The notes under the pieces are model-generated. The model was not told the origin of the DNA. It ran no database searches and worked only from the letters and a program-made list of their open reading frames with translations. A program made the translations under genes and the position numbers. Below, in pieces: positions 37,713 to 47,381 of a stretch of DNA of 64,000 bases. Source of the stretch: Deltaproteobacteria bacterium (GTDB taxonomy: Bacteria; JAGRBM01; JAHCIT01); contig JAHCIT010000010.1 of assembly GCA_026129095.1 (NCBI GenBank), positions 1-64,000 on the forward strand, written 5' to 3'. Numbering within the stretch: position 1 is the first letter of the stretch; every line of letters starts with the position of its first letter.

Positions 37713-40210
37713 TGCCGGTCCCACGCCGCACCAGCCTGCCGAAAGGAATCCAAGCGGAGGCCGCCGTCGATATGCAGAAGGAAACCGTCACCACCGTCGC
37801 GCTTCCCGTCAGGGACATGGTCGTATTTCCTGAAGCGACGGTATCCCTGTTTGTCTCGTCGCCATGGGCGGTCGATCTTGCGGAGCAGGCGCTGGAGTCC
37901 CAGCGGAGCATCTTCGCCGTCTGCCAGAAGAACGCCGAGCGGGAGCATCCGGCCCGTGAAGACGTGTACGACACCGGTACGCTGATACAGATCGTGCGGA
38001 TCGTCCCGCTGGCCGATAGCCGCGTCAAGCTGCTTGTCCGGGGCTTGGAGCGCGGGCGTATCGAAAAGTGGCATCCCGAGGGCCCGACGGCACGGGTGCG
38101 CGTTGCAGTGCTGCATTCCCCGCAACTGACGCAGGCAGCACGTCTCCGGGCCGATGCGCTGGCTCTCGCGGTACGCGAAACACTGGAAAGGATTTCGCAG
38201 CTTGGACGGAGCGTAAGCCCGGAGCTGGTATCATCGCTTGAGCATCTCGAAACGCCGGGAGCGCTTGCTGACGCGGTTGCCTCAAACCTTTACCTGCCGG
38301 TAGCCGATGCACAAAGGATACTGGAGGCAGCAGACCCGATTGACCGGCTGGAAGCCCTGATGGCCGTGCTGACGCACGAGGCACAGGTGCTCACGATCCG
38401 TGCCGAGATACAGAACCGCGCACGCGAGGAGTTTGGGCGCTCCCAGCGGGAGTTTCACCTGCGCGAGCAGCTCCGGGCCATCAGGAGCGAACTGGGCGAA
38501 CAGGACGCGCGTTCGCCCGATGTGAACGATTACGAAAAAAAGATCACTGAGGCAAAGCTGCCTGCCTATGCCGAGGCTGAGGCACGCAAGCAGCTCAAGC
38601 GGCTCGACCAGATGCATTCCGATTCGGCCGAGTCATCCATCATCAAGAACTACCTCGACTGCCTGTGCGAACTGCCATGGGCGAAGGCATCCGCCGACGA
38701 GATCGATATCACCAAGGCCCGCACGGTACTGAATGAAGACCATTATGATCTGGAGAAGATCAAGCAGCGGATTGTCGAGCATCTGGGCGTCCTGAAGCTG
38801 AAAAAGAGCCTTCGCGGACAGATACTCTGCTTCGTCGGACCGCCGGGAGTCGGGAAAACCTCGCTCGGTAAGTCGATCGCCCGGGCGATGGGCCGAAAGT
38901 TCCACCGGATCAGTGTGGGCGGTGTTCGGGACGAGGCTGAAATCCGTGGCCATCGCCGGACTTATGTGGGTGCCATGCCCGGCCGGATAATCCAGGGACT
39001 CAAGACAGCCGGGGCCAATAATCCGGTGTTCATGCTCGATGAGATCGATAAGGTGGGCAGTGATTTTCGTGGCGACCCGGCTTCGGCCCTGCTGGAAGTG
39101 CTGGACCCGGAGCAGAATGCGGCCTTTACGGACCATTTCCTCGGTATCCCGTTCGACCTGTCGGGCGTTTTTTTCATCGCCACGGCCAACGATACGAGCA
39201 CGATTCCGTCGGCGCTGCTGGACCGAATGGAGGTGGTTGAGCTGGCGGGGTACTCCGAGGAGGAAAAGCTCCATATCGCACGGCAGTATCTGATTCCCAA
39301 GCAGGTCGAGGCGACGGGACTTCCGGCAGGTTCGCTCGAGATTGCCGATGATGCGCTGAGCTTTCTTATCAATGCCTATACGCGGGAATCAGGGCTGAGA
39401 AACCTGGACCGGGTGCTGGGGTCGGTTTGCCGCAAGCTCGCGCTGCCGCTGGCCGAGGGTGAGGCGAACCCATCGTTTGCTGTCAGCCGGAAGCGGCTTG
39501 AAAAACTGCTTGGGCCACCCAAGTTTGATCCCTATGTCGAGCCACCTGAGGATGAGGTAGGTGTGGTCACAGGGCTTGCCTGGACTCCCCATGGCGGCGA
39601 GCCGCTCTATCTGGAAGTGCAGACCCATGCCGGGAAGCGCGGGCTGATACTGTCCGGGCAGCTTGGTGATGTGATGAAGGAGAGTGCGAACACAGCCCTT
39701 TCCTATGTGCGCACCAGGGCCGATCTGGGCGCCCCGCAGGGATTTCTCGATACCAATGAGATTCACATCCATGCCCCCGAAGGTGCCATTCCAAAGGATG
39801 GGCCCTCGGCGGGCATCGCCATCGCCGTGGCGCTACTGTCGATTCTCACAGGACGCAAGGTGCGGAAAAGTGTTGCCATGACTGGCGAGATCACCCTCAG
39901 GGGTAAGGTTCTGCCGGTAGGGGGGCTCAAGGAGAAGTTTCTTGCCGCCCGGCGTATAGGCACTACAACCGTTGTGATCCCCTGGCAGAACCAGAAGGAC
40001 CTTGTTGACATTCCCCCGAGCCTGCTGAAATCGTTCAGAATCGTCCCGGCCAAGACCATGGACGACGTGATTCCGGTCACGCTGGCCGGCTTGGGTTCAG
40101 GCAGCACCGAGCCGGCGGTTTCGCGGCCGCCAGCACGGCGGTCGCCATCACCCAAGGCGCGGCCGGGCACACATGCGGCGGGTCAACGCATCCAGCGTAT
40201 CCGGCGTTAG
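37712..40210 (+). CDS. lon: ATP-dependent Lon protease (paralog 2; start possibly 37772)
   Basis: [34 protein letters not shown] and GGLKEK motifs. Confidence 0.95.
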   Translation: MPVPRRTSLPKGIQAEAAVDMQKETVTTVALPVRDMVVFPEATVSLFVSSPWAVDLAEQALESQRSIFAVCQKNAEREHPAREDVYDTGTLIQIVRIVPLADSRVKLLVRGLERGRIEKWHPEGPTARVRVAVLHSPQLTQAARLRADALALAVRETLERISQLGRSVSPELVSSLEHLETPGALADAVASNLYLPVADAQRILEAADPIDRLEALMAVLTHEAQVLTIRAEIQNRAREEFGRSQREFHLREQLRAIRSELGEQDARSPDVNDYEKKITEAKLPAYAEAEARKQLKRLDQMHSDSAESSIIKNYLDCLCELPWAKASADEIDITKARTVLNEDHYDLEKIKQRIVEHLGVLKLKKSLRGQILCFVGPPGVGKTSLGKSIARAMGRKFHRISVGGVRDEAEIRGHRRTYVGAMPGRIIQGLKTAGANNPVFMLDEIDKVGSDFRGDPASALLEVLDPEQNAAFTDHFLGIPFDLSGVFFIATANDTSTIPSALLDRMEVVELAGYSEEEKLHIARQYLIPKQVEATGLPAGSLEIADDALSFLINAYTRESGLRNLDRVLGSVCRKLALPLAEGEANPSFAVSRKRLEKLLGPPKFDPYVEPPEDEVGVVTGLAWTPHGGEPLYLEVQTHAGKRGLILSGQLGDVMKESANTALSYVRTRADLGAPQGFLDTNEIHIHAPEGAIPKDGPSAGIAIAVALLSILTGRKVRKSVAMTGEITLRGKVLPVGGLKEKFLAARRIGTTTVVIPWQNQKDLVDIPPSLLKSFRIVPAKTMDDVIPVTLAGLGSGSTEPAVSRPPARRSPSPKARPGTHAAGQRIQRIRR

Positions 40211-40309
40211 TTTTCGGCCCTTTTAAGGGGGCGTGGTCCGTTCTCACGGGTACCTGCCCAGGGAGATTGCAGGCGGTGCCGCATCAGGGACGGTCCGCAG
40301 GTTATAGCG

Positions 40310-43300
40310 ATGGCCAAGCAGCACATCCTGATTGTTGATGACGACTCCAAGAGTCTCAGGGTGCTTGAGATATCACTCAAGAAGTCGGGCTTTTCCGTCA
40401 CGACTGCCAGCAACGGGATCGACGCGCTGGAAAAGGTCGCCGTATCGGTTCCCGAACTGATCATCTCCGACGTCAAGATGCCGAAGATGAACGGTTACCA
40501 GTTCTGCCAGCGCATCAAGGACGATCCCAAGCTCGCTACGATTCCGTTCATCTTCCTCACGTCCCAGCGGTCGGTGGAGGACAAGGTTCGGGGGCTCGAG
40601 CTTGGCGTGGACGACTACCTGACCAAGCCGATCTATATCCGCGAACTGATCGCACGGGTGCGTCTGCTGCTCCAGAAGAAGGAGAAAGAAACGCTGGAGC
40701 GTGTGGACCAGCAGAACATGTTCCAGGGGGCCCTGTCGGACCTTGGCGTTGTGGACCTGCTGCAGACGATCGAAATCGGCCGGAAGACAGGGCTTATCCT
40801 GCTCACTTCCGGCGACAAGAGTGGTGTGATGTATGTCCAGAATGGACGGGTGATCGATTCCATTTGCGGTAACCTCCGTGGCGCCCGCGCCGTATACCGG
40901 CTGCTCACCTGGAATGACGGTGCGTTCAAGATCGATTTCAAACCGGTGTACCGGCAGGAAACGATCGAGCTGTCCACTCAGGCGCTCATCATGGAGGGCA
41001 TGCGGCGGCTGGACGAATTCGAGCGTCTGGCCGAGCAGCTTCCGCCACTTGATTCGGTTCTGGTGATTGATCCCCAGGAACTGCTCCAGCAGTACCCGGA
41101 GGGGTTCCCGAGCAAGGCGGGCGAAATCATCCAGCTGTTCAACGGCAAGCGGACGATTCTGGAAGTAGCCGACGAATGTGGCCTGGACGACCTGCCAGCG
41201 CTCAACATCATGTCGAAGTTTTACTTTCAGGGCCTACTGAAGGAACTTCGCACCGAGAGCGCCAATGTAGTGGTACAGCCCAATGGGGCCATCACGATGC
41301 CCGGTCCCAATCCGGCTGCGACCATGAGCAAGGTAGTCCCCGACGAGCCGTCGGCAGGTGAAGCCGGAATAGTGAATGCGGGGCAGGGTGTCGAGATTGA
41401 TATCGATGACGCCGAACTCGTGCGTCCACCGGATGCGCCGGCGGAGTCGTCAGCCATTCCTAAACAGGCGGAATCACCGCTGTCTGAATCCCGTATGCGT
41501 GAGATGCTCGATGAAGTCGCCCAGACCGAATCGGGTGGCGATGATGAGATCGAGTTTAATGCTCCTGAGACGCCTCAGCAGCGGCGGCACCTCCGGGCAG
41601 TGCCATCGGCTGCGGTCGCTGAAAAGCATGACGAAGAAACCGACCCCACGATGGCGGCCGGAAAGCGGCCAGCCAATATGGTACCGCCAGCGCCGGTCTC
41701 GCGGCCTCCGGCCAGGCCTTCAGTCCCTCCGGCAGCCACTCCACCTGCTCCGCCCGCATCCCTGCCCCCTCAGCCGGAGAAATCCCAACCGCCTGCCGTG
41801 GTTTCGCAGGTTTCGGCGCCCACGCCGCCGGTGAGGCAACCGGCCACTGCAAGGCTCGACGAAGTGGAAGCTGAAGAGGTTGATGATAATCTTCCCGTCG
41901 GCCAGATCGGCGAATCCGGAAGCCGGCCGGTCATCATTGCGGTGGTGGCAAGTGTCGCGGTCACACTGCTCGTCGTCTTTGGGGCCGGGACATTCATATT
42001 CAGCAGCTATCTGAAGCCGCTTCTGGACCGCATGGCGGGTCAAGCCGGGGTCGCGTCTCCATCTGCTGTGGCCGCTTACGATCTTGAATCTCTCGACCGG
42101 CTGATTGCGGCCTATGCTCCGGCAGAGCTCCGGAGCGCCATCCAGCAGATTGACCGGACCGGTTCTGGCGGTGAGCCGGAACTTCTGATCCGTCATGCCG
42201 TTGCCACGGCCCGGCTGGGTTTCCTCCTGGAAGATATGCGTCTGGTGACGCAGGCAGGGCTGGAGTTCGACCGGCTGCCGGCTGCCATGCGGGAGGCGGC
42301 CGCCGGTAAGCTCGTTCAGGCGGAAATCGAGGTTTACCGTGATCGGAACGAACTGGCCCGCCAGTTGGCCGCTGCTGTCCAGGAGATGACACCCCCGCTG
42401 GGGCCCATCGAGACCGCACAGGCAGAAACGGTACGTGCCCTTGCCATTATGAAGCTGGGCCAGCCGGAAGTAGCCAGCCAGATGCTGTCCCCGCTGGCCA
42501 CCCGCTTTCCCGATCTGATCATGCCGCGGTACGTACTTGCCTGGATACTGACCGGGGCAGGTAATGCGGCCGACGCAACTGTTTGGTCTGGCGATCTCGT
42601 CCGGAAAAATCCCAACCATTCGGCCGGCCATCTGCTGGCAGCGCGGAACTTCCGCCGTTCACGTGACACCGGAAATGCGCTGGAAGCACTGGCCCGTGCC
42701 GAGGTAGCCGATCCGTCGGATCCCCGGCCGGGGCTGGAACGCGCCGATCTGCGTGTAAAGGAAACAGGCGAGCTGACACTGGCTGCCAGCGAAGTGGACA
42801 GCCTGCTGGCCCGGGACTCGGTTCGTTCCAACAGCAATTTCCACGCTTGGGCACTGGCGCTCAAGGCGCTCATTCTTGCTGAGAGGGGAAGCAAGGCCGA
42901 AGCCCGCGTGGTGTACGAGCAGGCCCGGGCCCTGGACCGTACCCGCCCGGAATTGGACCGGATCCAGAAAGCACTGGCGGAGCCAGCGGCGGCTCCGGCA
43001 GTCGCTGGCGTGAGTGCCGCCACCCCCCGGCCACGCCCTGAGCGCGCTGAACCTGACTATGCGGCCGAAGGCCGCGCTGCGCTCCGGCGTGGTCAGCACA
43101 AGCGGGCTTCCGACCTGCTGGCAAAAGCGGTCGAGACGAAGCCGGACGATGGCCAGTTGTGGTTCGATCTCGGAATCGCGTCGATCGAGAGTGATAATAC
43201 AGGTCGTGCACTGAACGCGTTTGCCAACGCCGCTCTGCACGATCCCAACCGGGCTGAAACACATTTTTACCTTGGCCAGCTCTACTCCTCGACCCGCAAG

Positions 43301-43405
43301 AACAACATGGCTGTCCAGTCGTACGAACGATTTCTCAAGCTTGCTCCGGATCACCCCAAGGCCCCACTGGCCCGGGCCATTCTCCCCAAACTGAAGGCGA
43401 AGTAG
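40310..43405 (+). CDS. Receiver + DUF4388 (PatA-N-like) + Pro-rich linker + TM + TPR protein
   Basis: IVDDD / ISDVKMP / TKP receiver; FQGALSDLGVVDLLQ...KTG...LLTWNDGAF...ALIMEGMRRLDE; TM near aa 541-566; C-terminal TPRs. Confidence 0.85.
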   Translation: MAKQHILIVDDDSKSLRVLEISLKKSGFSVTTASNGIDALEKVAVSVPELIISDVKMPKMNGYQFCQRIKDDPKLATIPFIFLTSQRSVEDKVRGLELGVDDYLTKPIYIRELIARVRLLLQKKEKETLERVDQQNMFQGALSDLGVVDLLQTIEIGRKTGLILLTSGDKSGVMYVQNGRVIDSICGNLRGARAVYRLLTWNDGAFKIDFKPVYRQETIELSTQALIMEGMRRLDEFERLAEQLPPLDSVLVIDPQELLQQYPEGFPSKAGEIIQLFNGKRTILEVADECGLDDLPALNIMSKFYFQGLLKELRTESANVVVQPNGAITMPGPNPAATMSKVVPDEPSAGEAGIVNAGQGVEIDIDDAELVRPPDAPAESSAIPKQAESPLSESRMREMLDEVAQTESGGDDEIEFNAPETPQQRRHLRAVPSAAVAEKHDEETDPTMAAGKRPANMVPPAPVSRPPARPSVPPAATPPAPPASLPPQPEKSQPPAVVSQVSAPTPPVRQPATARLDEVEAEEVDDNLPVGQIGESGSRPVIIAVVASVAVTLLVVFGAGTFIFSSYLKPLLDRMAGQAGVASPSAVAAYDLESLDRLIAAYAPAELRSAIQQIDRTGSGGEPELLIRHAVATARLGFLLEDMRLVTQAGLEFDRLPAAMREAAAGKLVQAEIEVYRDRNELARQLAAAVQEMTPPLGPIETAQAETVRALAIMKLGQPEVASQMLSPLATRFPDLIMPRYVLAWILTGAGNAADATVWSGDLVRKNPNHSAGHLLAARNFRRSRDTGNALEALARAEVADPSDPRPGLERADLRVKETGELTLAASEVDSLLARDSVRSNSNFHAWALALKALILAERGSKAEARVVYEQARALDRTRPELDRIQKALAEPAAAPAVAGVSAATPRPRPERAEPDYAAEGRAALRRGQHKRASDLLAKAVETKPDDGQLWFDLGIASIESDNTGRALNAFANAALHDPNRAETHFYLGQLYSSTRKNNMAVQSYERFLKLAPDHPKAPLARAILPKLKAK

Positions 43406-44431
43406 GTGGGCAGCCTTCCCCATGAATTTGCGCTGATCCGGGCGCTCGGCCGGGTTGCCACCAAGGCAGACGCATCGCTTGTGCTGACAGTGGGGGACGA
43501 CTGCGCCGCCTGGAAACCGGCGCACGGAAAGCTCCAGATTGCCACGACCGATACGCTTGTGGAGGGGGTCCATTTCCTCCGGTCCGATGCCGAACCCCGG
43601 CTGATCGGCCGCAAGGCGATGGGTGCGAACCTGTCGGATATAGCCGCCATGGGCGGGACCCCGCGTTATGCGCTCGTGGCCCTTTCCATCCCGATGAAGG
43701 GCTGGAGCGGCAGGGATGTGCTCGGCATCTATGAGGGGCTTCTCGCGGCGGGTTCCCCCCAAGGTGTCAGGATAGCGGGCGGGAATATCACCCGCTCCTC
43801 TGGAAAGCTCGAAATCACCATTACTCTCACTGGGGAAGTGAAGCCGGGCGCGATGCTGAAACGATCTGGCGCCAGGGTCGGGGATTCCATCTACGTCACC
43901 GGAGTGCCGGGCCGGGCCGCCATGTGGCTCGACCTGAAGCGCCGGAAAGCCGGGTCACGGGCCGTGCGCGAACTGTTCCGGTTGGCCCACTACCAGCCCG
44001 AGCCACCCCTGGAGTTCGCCCGGCGCCTGTCGGGGGAGGCGGGGGGAAAGAAGGCTGCCACGGCTGCCGTGGATATATCCGACGGCCTGCTGGCCGATCT
44101 CGGTCACCTGATTGAGTTGTCCGGTGTTCCAGGTGCGATCATGGAGGCGGATAAACTGCCGTCGTCTGTCGCCCACCTTCTTTACCGGCAAGCGGCAGGG
44201 CCGTCAGGTACCAGCCGGCTTCTCCGTATCGCGCTCACCGGGGGCGAGGACTACGAACTCCTTTTCACCGCCCCGCCGTCAAATGACAGCCGGGTCCGCG
44301 CACTCGCTGCCGAAACAGGCGTCCGGGTGAGCCGTATCGGGAGGATCACTCATTCGAGTGGCATCCGGGTGGTTGACGGGAAGGGGCGAAAGCTCCCTGT
44401 TGGGGGCCACGGCGGCTGGCGGCATTTCTAG
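43406..44431 (+). CDS. thiL: Thiamine-monophosphate kinase
   Basis: GDDCA, DTLVEGVHF, NLSDIAAMGG, DISDGL and GGEDYEL motifs. Confidence 0.96.
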   Translation: MGSLPHEFALIRALGRVATKADASLVLTVGDDCAAWKPAHGKLQIATTDTLVEGVHFLRSDAEPRLIGRKAMGANLSDIAAMGGTPRYALVALSIPMKGWSGRDVLGIYEGLLAAGSPQGVRIAGGNITRSSGKLEITITLTGEVKPGAMLKRSGARVGDSIYVTGVPGRAAMWLDLKRRKAGSRAVRELFRLAHYQPEPPLEFARRLSGEAGGKKAATAAVDISDGLLADLGHLIELSGVPGAIMEADKLPSSVAHLLYRQAAGPSGTSRLLRIALTGGEDYELLFTAPPSNDSRVRALAAETGVRVSRIGRITHSSGIRVVDGKGRKLPVGGHGGWRHF

Positions 44432-44453
44432 GAGTTCCAGTCATAGCAAAGTG

Positions 44454-44479
44454 AAAGGGCCGCCTGAGTCAGGCGGCCC
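44454..44479 (-). terminator. Rho-independent terminator between convergent genes
   Basis: GGGCCGCCTG-AGT-CAGGCGGCCC stem at 44457-44479, followed by TTT on the minus strand. Confidence 0.75.
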
Positions 44480-44504
44480 CGAAGGTCAACCAGAACAGGA
44501 GCGG

Positions 44505-45365
44505 TCAATAGTCCCAGTTATAGCAGTACGAAGTTTCGGCGTTTAAAAAACCATCATAGTCGGCGTTTGAGAAGCCGGTGTTAAACACGTACAAATAGCT
44601 CATTTCGGACGCGTAGTTCACGTCAACCTCAAGGACGTCAAGCTCGAACTCCACATCTGTATCACCGAACAGGGTTCCTGTCAGCTTTGCATCATCACTG
44701 CAGTTGTTCGGCGTAAAGAGCGGACAAGCGGCGGCTGAGAGGTCCGTGTCCAGAATCCCGAAAAACTCCGAACTCAGAAACACCCCGTGGAGTTCGTTGT
44801 CCCTGGAAATGAGCGCCACGCGTCCGTGGTGGCTCTCTTCGGTTTTGTAGAGACTGAAATACCCGCGGGCAATGGCCGTATCGGCATCACTGGTTTCGAG
44901 GCCTGCGGCATGGGCCAGCAGGCCGCTTTCGGCTCCGGAGGAGCCTTTCCCCAGAAGCACACCTGTTCCGCTGATTGTGCCAGTGATGCTCAGCTCCAGA
45001 TCATGATCGAGAATTTCGGCCTCGAAGTCGGTGCCCACAGCCGTGCCTTCCACCTCATACTCATCGCCATAGCCGTCATCTTCACCCGGCAGGGAGGACA
45101 GGGGAACACCGTAATAATCGGTAAAGGTCCCGGTGATGGTGCCGTCCTCATCCACGGTCAGTTGTAGGAGGCCAAAGGTCTCCATTGCGACGTCATAGTG
45201 AAAACCGCTGCAATCCACATAGTTGTCTTCATACCCGGCGGCGAACCCCGCCACATAGTCACCGGGAAGGAATGTTGCTCCGGGAGCCGCACCGTTGCTG
45301 CCGCAGGCTGCGGCTGATAGGGCCAATGCAAGGCCGGTGACGGCACTCAAAAAGATATTGCGCAT
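44505..45365 (-). CDS. Acidic hypothetical lipoprotein
   Basis: AGGAGA RBS, MRNIFLSAVTGLALALSAAAC lipobox, and a D/E/G/T-rich mature part. Confidence 0.75.
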   Translation of the reverse strand: MRNIFLSAVTGLALALSAAACGSNGAAPGATFLPGDYVAGFAAGYEDNYVDCSGFHYDVAMETFGLLQLTVDEDGTITGTFTDYYGVPLSSLPGEDDGYGDEYEVEGTAVGTDFEAEILDHDLELSITGTISGTGVLLGKGSSGAESGLLAHAAGLETSDADTAIARGYFSLYKTEESHHGRVALISRDNELHGVFLSSEFFGILDTDLSAAACPLFTPNNCSDDAKLTGTLFGDTDVEFELDVLEVDVNYASEMSYLYVFNTGFSNADYDGFLNAETSYCYNWDY

Positions 45366-45482
45366 GGAATCTCCTGTTTCGGCCTGAAAGGCACCGTGTT
45401 TGCCCATTTACTATGCGAACGAGGGACAGGGGTCAAGGTGGATGCTCGGACTACCACCCTGCAATCCGGAAGATGTGACGGT

Positions 45483-46328
45483 TCAGCCTTCAGCCATCCG
45501 TCGCAAATCGAGCGGCTCGAAAAAGTCCGGCCGGTAAGCCCGGAGCAGGGGAGCTTCCTCGCGGGCCAGCTGCACAAACTTCCGGAACGATGCGCCGGGA
45601 AGTTCCTTTACACCTGTCTCGTAGGGCAGGAAGAAGTTGTCATAATGGATGGGCATGAGGGCTTTCGGTTGGCATAGCTTCAGGATTCGGGGCAGGAACT
45701 GGTGTGTGCTCTGGTGTCCGGCGACACAGGGGCAGAGAATATCCGACCGGGCGTCGGAAAGTGCCTCGTCCTCCAGGTCGGCCGAACCGAGCACCAGCGT
45801 GCTCACACCCCCGGCCTCGATTCGGTAGATAAACACCGGGCCCACCCGGTAGTCCCATGCCCGTTTGGGGGTAATCGGATGATCGACTTCTCCTTCCAGC
45901 GGAACGCGCCCGAACAGGAACCGCGAGTGCCGTGACCGGTAGACCTTCACGCGGAACGGCCCGAACTCGAGGAGTTCGCCCCCTCTGACAATGACCAGCC
46001 GGTCCTCTGGAACACCTCGCCCCCGGCACAGGTTGTAGGTCGTGGAGGAGCCGACGATGGTAGCGCCCGTGAGCCTCTCGACCACGGGCGCATCAAGCAG
46101 ATGATCGAAGTGGCTATGGGTGATGAGCACGGCGTCGGCGGCCAGGGGCAGGTGGCGGCGGATGATTTCATCACGGCTCGCCGCCCGGCCGGTCACGAAT
46201 TCGGCCAGCGTGAGCCGGGTATAGTAGGGGTCCACCAGCAGCACATGGCCGTCCATCTGGAACTGGAGCCCGGCCGTACCGAGCCAGGTGAGGGTGGGAC
46301 CGGTGTTATCGGGAGTTTCCGGCATCAA
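45483..46328 (-). CDS. MBL-fold metallo-hydrolase (UlaG-like)
   Basis: WLGTAG, LLVDPY, THSHFDH and PIHYDNF motifs. Confidence 0.9.
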   Translation of the reverse strand: MMPETPDNTGPTLTWLGTAGLQFQMDGHVLLVDPYYTRLTLAEFVTGRAASRDEIIRRHLPLAADAVLITHSHFDHLLDAPVVERLTGATIVGSSTTYNLCRGRGVPEDRLVIVRGGELLEFGPFRVKVYRSRHSRFLFGRVPLEGEVDHPITPKRAWDYRVGPVFIYRIEAGGVSTLVLGSADLEDEALSDARSDILCPCVAGHQSTHQFLPRILKLCQPKALMPIHYDNFFLPYETGVKELPGASFRKFVQLAREEAPLLRAYRPDFFEPLDLRRMAEG

Positions 46329-46624
46329 GGATTGCCCAGGCTTTCGAGAAAGTTCTTGACGAGTCCGCGCCAGCGGTGTGTGTAGCCACCGGGTGTACCT
46401 CCGGCGAACGCCTGCATGGAGAGATCCTTGACGATACTGTTCACCATCTCCGCTGCTTCCGGAGGGATCGTGTCCAGATAGGTATCCATGGAGACACCGC
46501 GCACGAAAGCATCCAGTGCGTTTTTGACAGCGGCGAAGCCGTCATCGGTGAGTTCGATCATCCGGCTCTGGTAACGGAGGGTGGGCATGACGGGAAGGGA
46601 TACCTTGTATTCAGACCCGGTCAA
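46325..46624 (-). CDS. Small hypothetical protein (start possibly 46588)
   Basis: Fills the gap in a co-directional operon, overlaps the downstream gene by 4 bp and has host-like codon use. Confidence 0.6.
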   Translation of the reverse strand: MTGSEYKVSLPVMPTLRYQSRMIELTDDGFAAVKNALDAFVRGVSMDTYLDTIPPEAAEMVNSIVKDLSMQAFAGGTPGGYTHRWRGLVKNFLESLGNP

Positions 46625-47381
46625 CCAGCACCGGGTAGCGGTGGCTGTACCAGAATACCCCTGCCGCCAGCAGGGCGAGGTTCAGGAGCAGGGCCACACC
46701 CCATACTTCCGGCGGCCCCACGCGCCCTTCGATCACCACGAGACGTCCCAGCACCGCCCACTGCGCCAGCGGGTTGAACCCAAGGGAGGCGGTGCCGAGA
46801 AAGCCGGGGAGTTTTTCCTGGGGATAGAAAACAGGCGAGAGAAACAGCCATCCCTGCAATGCCCAGTGCAGGAGCGGCTGGAGTTCGCGCCGCTCGATGA
46901 AAAAGGCGGCTGCCAGTAGCGACAGGCCGGTCAGGCCGGCGATCTGTATGCCGATCACCGCGGGGACCAGCAGCATGGTGGGATGTCCGCGACCCACGAC
47001 GGTGAGAATCAGGATGCCCGCAGTCGTGGCGATCCCTTGGGTGATGAGGGCAGGCCCGCAGGGGACCAGCGGAACCAGATACTTGTTGACCGGGTAGCAG
47101 CGGATGAGCTGGGCGCGCTCGAACATGGAAACGCTCGCCCGGACGAGCGACTCCTGCAGCGCCAGGAAGGGTAGCAGGCCCAGGAACAGGGCCGACACGT
47201 AGCCAGTCAGTCCGCCGCCACCGAACCGGACATCCAGAACCCCGAAAAAGACCACGGTCATGAACAACAGGTAAAACATCGGCTGGAACAGCACCCAGAA
47301 CTTGGCGGCGAAGCTTCCGCCATAGCGGATCTTGAGGTCCGTGATGACCAGGTTGCGGTAAATCCGCCAGATACCCTTCAT
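46611..47381 (-). CDS. wzm: Polysaccharide ABC exporter permease
   Basis: DLKIRYGGS...WVLFQP and FLSPVFYP...FNPLA motifs. Confidence 0.88.
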   Translation of the reverse strand: MKGIWRIYRNLVITDLKIRYGGSFAAKFWVLFQPMFYLLFMTVVFFGVLDVRFGGGGLTGYVSALFLGLLPFLALQESLVRASVSMFERAQLIRCYPVNKYLVPLVPCGPALITQGIATTAGILILTVVGRGHPTMLLVPAVIGIQIAGLTGLSLLAAAFFIERRELQPLLHWALQGWLFLSPVFYPQEKLPGFLGTASLGFNPLAQWAVLGRLVVIEGRVGPPEVWGVALLLNLALLAAGVFWYSHRYPVLVDRV

